DNA of 32,000 bases from Dubosiella newyorkensis (GTDB lineage: Bacteria; Bacillota_I; Bacilli_A; Erysipelotrichales; Erysipelotrichaceae), in NCBI RefSeq assembly GCF_001945605.1, contig NZ_MPKA01000044.1, positions 152,396 through 184,395 on the forward strand. Direction: 5' to 3'. Below are positions 23,971 to 32,000 of the stretch, piece after piece (positions within the stretch are counted from its first letter, which is position 1; each line of letters starts with the position of its first letter). A program made the position numbers and the translations under genes. The notes below the pieces were generated by a model that did no database searches, had not been told where the DNA came from, and was given only the letters and a program-made list of their open reading frames with translations.

Positions 23971-25044
23971 ATGAATCAATTGGAGAAGGCGCGAGCCAAA
24001 ATCGATTCGATCGATCGAGAACTCGCTCGTCTATACGAGGAGCGAATGAAGACGCTTCAAGATGTGGCTGCCTATAAGCAAGCCCATGGTCTAGCTGTCG
24101 TGGATACCTCGAGAGAAGAGGCGATCGTCCAAAAAAATCGGAAATTTATCACGGATCCCGCTTTTATGGACTCGTATGAGCGTGTGCTGCGCTTTATGAT
24201 CTCGGAATCTTGTGATTATCAGCGGGCGCTTTTAGCCAAAGGAAAAGTTGGCTATGCGGGGATCGAAGGCGCTTTTTCGCATATGGTGGCCAAGCGTTTG
24301 TTCCATGACCATACACTTGTGGCGTATTCCAATTTCGAGGATGTGTTTCAAGCCTTGGTCGATAAAAAGATCGAATTTGGCGTCATTCCTTTTGAAAATA
24401 CAAATTCTGGTCTTGTGGGCGAAGTGCTCGATGCGCTGTTGAAGTATCCGGTTTTTATTGAGCAAGTTTGGGATCAAAAGATCGAGCAGTGCTTGCTTGG
24501 GATCGAAGGTGCGACTTTAAAAGATATTGAATGGGTTTATTCGAAGGATCAAGCGCTCAACCAGTCTAGGGAATTTATTCAAAGCTTGAATGCGCAGCCA
24601 GTCGCCTATCCGAATACCGCTTTGGCCGCTCAATATGTTGCGATGCAAAGAGATAAGACGAAAGCGGCGATCGGGGCGAAAGAAAATGCGGCTTTGTATA
24701 ATTTGAATATTTTGGCGAGCCGTATCGAGGAAAATAGTGAAAATACGACACGCTTTCTTGTGATTTCTAGAGAGCGGAATCAAGAGGGCGACCGCTTTGC
24801 GATGTGTGTTACTTTTAAAAACGAAGTGGGCGCTTTAGGTAAGGTCATTGAGGAGATCTCCCGACAACATTTGAATATGTGTTCGATCCAATCAAGACCG
24901 CTCAAAGGGCATCCGTTTGAATATTTTTTCTTTATTGAGATCGAGGGCAATGTAGATCAGAGGGCGCTGGATGCGATCCGTTCCGTGTGTGATCAAACAA
25001 AAGTGCTTGGATCGTATACGATGCGAAAGGAGAATAACGAATAA
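23971..25044 (+). CDS. pheA: Bifunctional chorismate mutase / prephenate dehydratase (P-protein) with an ACT domain
   Basis: ORF track 23935..25044. Start placed at ATG 23971 after GAGGTGG. CM: 'IDSIDRELARLYEERM'. PDT: 'VGYAGIEGAFSH' and 'NTTRFLVIS'. The C-terminal part is ACT-like. Confidence 0.85.
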   Translation: MNQLEKARAKIDSIDRELARLYEERMKTLQDVAAYKQAHGLAVVDTSREEAIVQKNRKFITDPAFMDSYERVLRFMISESCDYQRALLAKGKVGYAGIEGAFSHMVAKRLFHDHTLVAYSNFEDVFQALVDKKIEFGVIPFENTNSGLVGEVLDALLKYPVFIEQVWDQKIEQCLLGIEGATLKDIEWVYSKDQALNQSREFIQSLNAQPVAYPNTALAAQYVAMQRDKTKAAIGAKENAALYNLNILASRIEENSENTTRFLVISRERNQEGDRFAMCVTFKNEVGALGKVIEEISRQHLNMCSIQSRPLKGHPFEYFFFIEIEGNVDQRALDAIRSVCDQTKVLGSYTMRKENNE

Positions 25045-26270
25045 TGAATTTCGTAAAAGATAGCGTAAATCAAGAGCCGATCGTGGATACAGTATTCGTG
25101 ATCGTCGATGCAGCAAAAAAAGCAAAAGAGAAATTTGGAGAAGACGCCGTGGTCGACGCGACGATCGGTTCTCTCTATGATGAAGAGGGCCGATTGGTGG
25201 CCTTGCCTTCTGTATTCGAGTCATTGAAAAACTTAGATAACCGTGTATTGGCCAAATACGCGGCAAGCTTTACCGGAAATCCTGATTTTAAGGATCACGT
25301 GAAAAAATGGGTGCTTCAAGATCGTTCTTCGCTCTATACGGATGTGATCGCGACGCCTGGAGGAACTGGAGCGGTCGGCATGGTCGTCAACGAGTGTCTC
25401 GATCCAGGACAGACCTTGATCATTCCTGAGATCGCTTGGGGATCGTACGCGCTCATGGCTCAAATGAATAATGTGGATGTGGCGCGCTATCATCTTTTTG
25501 ATGGAGACCGGTTTGATCTGGATTCGTTTAAAAAGACGTGCGAAGAAGTGATGAAAAAACAAGATCGGCTCGTGATCATCATCAATGATCCTTGTCATAA
25601 TCCGACAGGATATTCCTTGAGCCGGAAGGAATGGAGCGATGTGATCGAGTTCTTGAATGTTTGTTCTCAAACGCATTCGGTCGTTTTGCTCAACGATATC
25701 GCCTATATCGATTATTCGTATCGTCAAGAAAAGGCAAAGGAATATTTTGAGGTTTTTGATCAAATCAGCGACAATATCGTGGTCGTGATCGCTTTCTCTT
25801 TATCGAAATCGATGACTTCGTATGGATTGCGTTGCGGAGCGGCTCTTCTTCTAGCGAAAAAAGAAGAAGCGATCGATCAAGTCAAGACGGTATTTGAAAA
25901 GGATGCCAGGGCGACATGGTCGAATATCAACAATGGAGCGATGGCGATGTTCGTCGATGTGATGGATCATCGCCTCGAAGATTATGAAAAAGAAAAGGCG
26001 TATTATGTAGATCTTCTTAAAAAAAGGAGCGATTTGTTCTTGAAGGAGGCTAACGAGGTCGGCTTGGCGCATTATCCTTATAAGGAAGGCTTTTTCGTAA
26101 CGCTTTCGATGGACAATGATTTGCGTGATCGTTTCCATCAGGCGCTCATGGATGAACATATTTATACGGTGAAGGTCAATCAAGGCATCCGTGTCGCGAT
26201 CTGTTCGCTTTCTTTAGAAAAAACAAAGGGCTTAGCTAAAAGGATGAAAGAGATCTTAAATACGATCTAA
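25044..26270 (+). CDS. Class I PLP-dependent aminotransferase (aspartate/aromatic amino-acid type)
   Basis: 'NDPCHNPTGYS' and the PLP-lysine motif 'SLSKSMTSYGLRCG'. TAATG overlap with pheA. Confidence 0.85.
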   Translation: MNFVKDSVNQEPIVDTVFVIVDAAKKAKEKFGEDAVVDATIGSLYDEEGRLVALPSVFESLKNLDNRVLAKYAASFTGNPDFKDHVKKWVLQDRSSLYTDVIATPGGTGAVGMVVNECLDPGQTLIIPEIAWGSYALMAQMNNVDVARYHLFDGDRFDLDSFKKTCEEVMKKQDRLVIIINDPCHNPTGYSLSRKEWSDVIEFLNVCSQTHSVVLLNDIAYIDYSYRQEKAKEYFEVFDQISDNIVVVIAFSLSKSMTSYGLRCGAALLLAKKEEAIDQVKTVFEKDARATWSNINNGAMAMFVDVMDHRLEDYEKEKAYYVDLLKKRSDLFLKEANEVGLAHYPYKEGFFVTLSMDNDLRDRFHQALMDEHIYTVKVNQGIRVAICSLSLEKTKGLAKRMKEILNTI

Positions 26271-26275
26271 AAATT

Positions 26276-27568
26276 ATGAAAAAATATAAACATGTGTATG
26301 ATTACTATCGAAACGCGATTCTCGATGGGTATTTAAAAAAAGAAGACACGCTGCCAAGCATTCGAAAGTCGTGTGAGATCTTTCAATGTTCGCAAACGAC
26401 GATCGAACACGCGTATGAACAGCTCGTTTTAGATGGATATATTGAATCGATCGAAAAGGTGGGCTATCGCGTGCGCTTAGAGCCAGCGCAGATCAAAATG
26501 CATAAGGAGATCGAGAGCACGCCAGCGAAAGAATATGAAGAGGAATATGATCTTGATCTTCGGCCTCGTTCCGTTTCGCTTCAATCTTCCGAGATTCAAA
26601 CGTGGAAGCGGTATTTGAAGCAAGCGTTCAAAGCGGAGCAAATGAGTTCTTATGGAGATCCGCAAGGGGAATTTCCACTGCGGCAGGCGCTTTCTTTATA
26701 TGCCTATAAAAACCGTGGCGTGATGTGTTTGACTGAACAGATCTTAGTGGGTCCGAATTATCAGACGTTGCTGTTTGTCCTTTGCGGCATGTTCGATGTG
26801 CCTGGGATCGTGGGAATGGAGCATCCGTTTCATCCACAGGCGAAAAGGGTCTTCGAGTCCTATGGCTGGGAAATCAAGGAAGTGGATCTCGAACATTTGA
26901 ACGATATCGATATTTTATATATCAATTCTTCTTCTTCGGGGAAAAAACGGGAACCGATCTCAAACGAGGTGCGAGATCGTGTCCTAGAGCAGGCGGAAGA
27001 GCATGATTTTTTGATCATCGAAGATGATTATAATGGTGAGTTGACGTATCGTTCTAAAAACCGGCGGGCGATGTATAGCGCGGATACGAATGATCGTGTC
27101 ATTTATTGTGGGTCGTTTTCTCGACTGCTTCTTCCTTCGGTGCGAATCAGTTATTTGGTGCTGAATGAGACGTGGGATCAATATTATCGTTCGCATAAGA
27201 TGGAATATGGTCCTATGGCTAGCAAGCTAGAACAAATGGCTTTTGCGAACTATATTGCGGATGGTCATTTGGAACGGCATGTTCGAAAGCTGAAGCGGGA
27301 ATATCGGGATAAGTCGCTTTTAATGGAAGAAGAGCTTCAAAAGAAAGGGTTTGAATTCTTTTTGAATGAAGCGTATTTATCGTATTTGGTTCATTTACCG
27401 AATGTGGATCAAAAGAAGTTCAAGGAACTAGCAGAGCAGCGTGGGATCGGACTTCCTGAATTTGATGAGGGCTGGATGGAGATTTCTTTCGCGTCTTTGG
27501 ATGAGGATTCGATCGCGGATTCGATCGAGCAGTTCGATCAATTAGTTAAAGAGAGCACGCTTTCTTAA
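26276..27568 (+). CDS. MocR/GabR-like regulator (GntR wHTH plus aminotransferase-fold domain) with a degenerate PLP site
   Basis: N-terminal wHTH 'LPSIRKSCEIFQCSQTTIEHAYEQLVLDGYIESIEKVGYRV'. C-terminal AT-fold 'IIEDDYNGEL' and 'GSFSRLLLPSVRISYLV'. The latter aligns by eye with GabR 'GTFSKSLLP..RISY', with Arg in place of Lys. Confidence 0.75.
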   Translation: MKKYKHVYDYYRNAILDGYLKKEDTLPSIRKSCEIFQCSQTTIEHAYEQLVLDGYIESIEKVGYRVRLEPAQIKMHKEIESTPAKEYEEEYDLDLRPRSVSLQSSEIQTWKRYLKQAFKAEQMSSYGDPQGEFPLRQALSLYAYKNRGVMCLTEQILVGPNYQTLLFVLCGMFDVPGIVGMEHPFHPQAKRVFESYGWEIKEVDLEHLNDIDILYINSSSSGKKREPISNEVRDRVLEQAEEHDFLIIEDDYNGELTYRSKNRRAMYSADTNDRVIYCGSFSRLLLPSVRISYLVLNETWDQYYRSHKMEYGPMASKLEQMAFANYIADGHLERHVRKLKREYRDKSLLMEEELQKKGFEFFLNEAYLSYLVHLPNVDQKKFKELAEQRGIGLPEFDEGWMEISFASLDEDSIADSIEQFDQLVKESTLS

Positions 27569-27574
27569 TATCAT

Positions 27575-27604
27575 GTCCCATTGTATGAAATGGGACTTTT
27601 TTTT
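27575..27604 (+). terminator. Intrinsic terminator after the MocR-like gene
   Basis: GTCCCATT (27575-27582) / AATGGGAC (27589-27596), 6-nt loop, then T8. Confidence 0.75.
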
Positions 27605-27625
27605 ATGGTGAAAGCGCGTCTTATG

Positions 27626-27634
27626 TGTTAATAT
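27626..27634 (+). promoter_or_regulatory. Extended -10 element upstream of malQ
   Basis: TGtTAATAT at 27626-27634, about 32 nt upstream of ATG 27666. Confidence 0.35.
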
Positions 27635-27665
27635 AAGGAAAATGAAAGGGTTTTCAGGTGAGAGT

Positions 27666-29153
27666 ATGACTGTTAGACGCGCTGGATTGTTGCTTCCTTT
27701 ATTTTCAGTTCCAGGGAATCAAGGGATTGGTGATCTTGGACAAAAAACGCTCAGAATGATTGATCATATTACGGAAGCTGGTTATTCGATATGGCAGATC
27801 TTGCCCATCCAAGCGATGGGCCCTTCGCACTCTCCTTATGAGAGCGTGTCGTGTTTTGCGGGCGATCCCATTTATATCAATATTGATCGATTGAGTGAAA
27901 TGTCGCTTTTGACACAGAGCTCGATCGTCAATTGTAATAAATTTAAAGACTTTGTGAATTACGATGAAGTGCGTGCTTTTAAGGAAGTATACTTTAGGAA
28001 GGCATTTCGGAATTTCAAAAAGTTTTATGGGGATTATCAAGCGGAATTCAAGAAGTTTAAAGAAGAAGCGTTTTGGTTAGAGGATTGGACGCGTTTTGCT
28101 TTGTTCAGATCTTTGTATGAAAACGAGCCGTGGAACAAATGGGAAGAAGAGTATCGTGATTTTCCTCTTGATCATTCGAATGTGGATCTGAAAGAGCATG
28201 CCGACGAACTTCTTTATTTGGAGTTTTTACAATTTATATTTTATAAACAATTGGATGAGGTTGTCGCGTATGCCAAAGAGAAAGGGGTCCGGCTCATGGG
28301 CGACGCTCCTTTCTATCTTTTGCACGATAGTGCGGAGGTTTGGTCGGATCGAAGTCAATTTTTGTTGGATCAAGAAGGAAAGTTGTCTTATGTGGGTGGA
28401 TGCATGCCTGAGAAGTTCCGTGATCAAGAAGCAGAGAAATTTGTATTATACGATTTTAAAAAACAAAAAGCGGAAGAGTATTCTTTTTGGCAAAAGCGGA
28501 TGCGCTGGTTGGCGCGATATTATGAGATCATTCGGATCGAGCCGTTCAGCGCCATGGATACGTATTGGAGGATCCCGGCCGAAGCAACAACCGTCCGCGA
28601 TGGAAAGTGGATCATTGGTCCTCGGGGCGCTTTGATCGAGATGATCGAAAAGGCGCTCCCTTCTGTTGAGCTTGTGGCCCAAGATCTTGACGCTTTGCGT
28701 CCGGAAGTGAAAGAGCTGGAAGACCAATATGGGATTCCGGGAATGGATGTTTTATTGTCACGTCTAGATACAAAGGGTTTGAAGCGCGATGTGAAAATAA
28801 ATTCAGTCGTCTATACGACAACGCACGATATGCCAACGATCGAAGAAGAGTATGCGACTTTTGATGGCAATAAGCGGATCGCCTTGCGTCGCTTCTTTAA
28901 GAAACGAGGGTATGGATATCGAAGCTTTCATGATATGGTTTGCGCGTTCGCTCTAGAGAGCGAGGCGGATACGGTTATCTTGCCTTTGCAGGATGTTTGC
29001 GGGTATAAGGGCAATACGAGGATCGATGCGCCTGAAGTAGAGGGTGCTTCAAATTGGACGTGGAAGCTGAAGGATTTTAAGACATTTCCAGATGATTTGA
29101 TGAAGTCGAGGGAGTGGATCGAGGCTTCTGGGCGGCTTAAGCAAAATGGTTGA
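27666..29153 (+). CDS. malQ: 4-alpha-glucanotransferase (amylomaltase, GH77)
   Basis: ORF track 27642..29153. Start placed at ATG 27666 after AGGTGAGAG. 'RRAGLLLPLFSVPGNQGIGDLG' is the typical GH77 N-terminus. 'GDAPFY' and 'TTTHDMPT' motifs are present. Confidence 0.85.
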   Translation: MTVRRAGLLLPLFSVPGNQGIGDLGQKTLRMIDHITEAGYSIWQILPIQAMGPSHSPYESVSCFAGDPIYINIDRLSEMSLLTQSSIVNCNKFKDFVNYDEVRAFKEVYFRKAFRNFKKFYGDYQAEFKKFKEEAFWLEDWTRFALFRSLYENEPWNKWEEEYRDFPLDHSNVDLKEHADELLYLEFLQFIFYKQLDEVVAYAKEKGVRLMGDAPFYLLHDSAEVWSDRSQFLLDQEGKLSYVGGCMPEKFRDQEAEKFVLYDFKKQKAEEYSFWQKRMRWLARYYEIIRIEPFSAMDTYWRIPAEATTVRDGKWIIGPRGALIEMIEKALPSVELVAQDLDALRPEVKELEDQYGIPGMDVLLSRLDTKGLKRDVKINSVVYTTTHDMPTIEEEYATFDGNKRIALRRFFKKRGYGYRSFHDMVCAFALESEADTVILPLQDVCGYKGNTRIDAPEVEGASNWTWKLKDFKTFPDDLMKSREWIEASGRLKQNG

Positions 29154-29206
29154 ATTTTATCTTGATTTATGGCCCGATATTCGATAAAATATCTCATTCA
29201 CATCAA

Positions 29207-29235
29207 CTGATTTTTTGAAATGACTTCCTTATAAT
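29207..29235 (+). promoter_or_regulatory. Candidate promoter of the DUF308 gene
   Basis: CTGATT (29207-29212), 17 nt spacer, perfect TATAAT (29230-29235). Confidence 0.35.
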
Positions 29236-29262
29236 GGAACTATATTTGAGGAGGTCAGATTT

Positions 29263-29790
29263 ATGACTGGTTTAGGAACTGGCACAAAAATTTTGTATAT
29301 TGTTTTGGGAATCATCTCTTGCATCGCTGGAGTATGGTTGTTTATGTACCCTGGACTTACGGAGGGAACTCTTGGTCTAGTGATGGGTTGCATGATGATC
29401 GGCTATGGTGTCGCAGCGATCTTATCGTATTTTGCGGAAGGTGATTTTAAACAATTTTTCCGTTTCAACTTGATCTTAGGAATCGTTTTGATCGTATTTG
29501 GGATCGTTTTGTTGATGAACATCCATGGAATGATGAATTTCTTAGGAATGTTGGTCGGCGCGTTCTTGGTGATCGATGCGGCTTTAAGGATCTGGTTGTC
29601 ATTCTCTGTAAAATCTGCGGGAATCAGCAGTTGGTGGCTTATGCTTGTTTTGGGGATTTTGATGGCGATCGTTGGTTGCTACTTCTTGTTCAATCCTGGA
29701 ATGAGCGGCTATTTGTTGACCGTGCTGATCGGCGCTATGTTTATTAGCCAAGGTGCTATGGATATTAGTGTTGGTTTATTTGCAATGTAG
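29263..29790 (+). CDS. HdeD/DUF308-family membrane protein
   Basis: 175 aa with six hydrophobic helices. The repeated 'G...G...L..P' pattern ('ILGIISCIAGVWLFMYPG', 'VLGILMAIVGCYFLFNPG') is typical of DUF308. GAGGAGG RBS. Confidence 0.75.
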   Translation: MTGLGTGTKILYIVLGIISCIAGVWLFMYPGLTEGTLGLVMGCMMIGYGVAAILSYFAEGDFKQFFRFNLILGIVLIVFGIVLLMNIHGMMNFLGMLVGAFLVIDAALRIWLSFSVKSAGISSWWLMLVLGILMAIVGCYFLFNPGMSGYLLTVLIGAMFISQGAMDISVGLFAM

Positions 29791-29796
29791 TGTATA

Positions 29797-29823
29797 GAAA
29801 AGAGCTTCAGCTCTTTTTTTTTT
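29797..29823 (+). terminator. Intrinsic terminator after the DUF308 gene
   Basis: AAAAGAGC (29798-29805) / GCTCTTTT (29810-29817), loop TTCA, with the T-run continuing to 29823. Confidence 0.65.
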
Positions 29824-29841
29824 GATTGCGATCTGTCATTT

Positions 29842-29900
29842 AAAAATATTGAAAAATAATCAAAATAACAGTTGACAGATAGTTAAAAAAGAAGTATGAT
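29842..29900 (+). promoter_or_regulatory. rRNA operon promoter P1 with an A/T-rich upstream element
   Basis: TTGACA (29872-29877), 17 nt spacer, TATGAT (29895-29900). AAAAATATTGAAAAA lies at 29842-29856. Confidence 0.65.
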
Positions 29901-30039
29901 AAGCAAGCGTTGAGAAAGACGCAGGACATACGAACTTCATAGATCCATCCACAAGAAAAAACAAATTTCTTCTTGACGGAAAGGGATCAGGAGGAGTAGT
30001 ATAAACAAGCTGTTGAGGTTTCTCCTCAATCTGTCCTCT

Positions 30040-30098
30040 AAAAATATTCAAAAAATATTGAAAAAAGTGTTGACAGAACAGTTCATTCATGGTAATAT
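30040..30098 (+). promoter_or_regulatory. rRNA operon promoter P2 with an A/T-rich upstream element
   Basis: TTGACA (30070-30075), 17 nt spacer, TAATAT (30093-30098). AAAAATATTCAAAAAATATTGAAAAAA lies at 30040-30066. Confidence 0.65.
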
Positions 30099-30135
30099 GA
30101 GTGAGCGTTGAGGCAGAGAGCTTCAAGGCAGGGAC

Positions 30136-30148
30136 GATCTTTGAAAAC
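30136..30148 (+). promoter_or_regulatory. boxA-like antitermination/processing motif in the rRNA leader
   Basis: GATCTTTGAAAAC resembles the (T)CTTTGAAAAC leader motif of Firmicute rrn operons and the E. coli boxA GCTCTTTAACAA. The identical 13-mer recurs in the spacer at 31877-31889. Confidence 0.45.
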
Positions 30149-30270
30149 TTGACAGGAAAGAAAAAAACAATCGTACAAGTACGAGAGAAACAGAAATCAC
30201 GTCGATTTCTTGAGACACCTGAAAAACAATCAAGACAGATAACAGAGAAAAGAAAAAAAGAGTCAATATC

Positions 30271-31799
<1,529 letters not shown>

Positions 31800-32000
31800 A
31801 AGGAGAAAGCGAAGAAGGAAAAGGTGGAGACGTGAGGAAAGAGCCTGTCAAGTTTCCAGGGATCGTCCTGAGGATCGATCTTTGAAAACCGGAAAAAGAG
31901 AAAAAGACACAACAGAAAAGGTCTAAAGTAAAGTTGTGGAAAAAGATGACACTGAAAACAGAAGAACAGTTCATAAAAAGAAGAAATCTCGAAAACAAGC
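31800..32000 (+). other. 16S-23S internal transcribed spacer (partial). No tRNA is visible in the first 200 nt.
   Basis: It lies directly after the 16S 3' end, is purine-rich, carries the second GATCTTTGAAAAC copy, and has no tRNA-like T-arm (GGTTCGAATCC type). Confidence 0.7.

Noticed and set aside
23895-24077. Phe-rich ORF (MFSLFFFIYL...) upstream of pheA, as a possible pheL-like leader peptide.
   Set aside because: The Phe codons are simply the T-run of the hairpin. The start is a TTG with no usable SD, and the frame continues 60 codons into pheA out of frame. This is unlike a short leader peptide.
27608-27621. cre-like half site GTGAAAGCGCGTCT upstream of malQ.
   Set aside because: Only the left half matches TGWAANCG. 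The right half has four mismatches to the consensus.

Overview
This window looks like a chromosomal, mostly housekeeping segment of a roughly 40-45% G+C Firmicute. G+C was judged by eye. The 16S rRNA gene at the 3' end has Erysipelotrichia/Mollicutes-like signatures (GGCATGCCTAATACATGC, GTAGGGAATTTTCGTCAATGGGG); this is my reading, and no search was run.

Gene content, in order:
- a cytoplasmic ParB/Srx-like::BMP fusion protein with an overlapping metallophosphoesterase;
- an isolated mannose-family PTS (IIA, IIB, IIC, IID) followed by a small membrane protein;
- a 450-bp intergenic region holding three tandem sRNA-like units;
- a membrane glycolipid module (CpoA/alDGS-like glycosyltransferase (GT), flippase-like protein, alMGS-like GT fused to a full-length RecX);
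- yhaM, rimO, a small ORF, a UDG-superfamily protein and dut;
- on the minus strand, a GntR/FadR regulator, adenine deaminase and an M20 amidohydrolase;
- a split ThrE-type exporter and two small ORFs;
- a divergent aromatic amino-acid cluster (aroB-aroC-aroA-tyrA versus pheA, an aminotransferase and a MocR-like regulator);
- malQ, a DUF308 membrane protein, and the start of an rRNA operon (two tandem promoters, a 16S gene, and the first 200 nt of the spacer).

I see no transposase, integrase, CRISPR array, cas gene or recognisable defence gene, so I cannot point to a clear novel multi-gene system.

The items most worth follow-up are:
1. the three tandem CU-rich sRNA-like units (5984-6426);
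2. the GT4::RecX fusion;
3. a strong GATC over-representation across the coding DNA;
4. the ParB/Srx::BMP fusion;
5. a MocR-like regulator that lacks the PLP-binding lysine.

All functional calls rest on motif recognition by eye. No database search or computation was possible.
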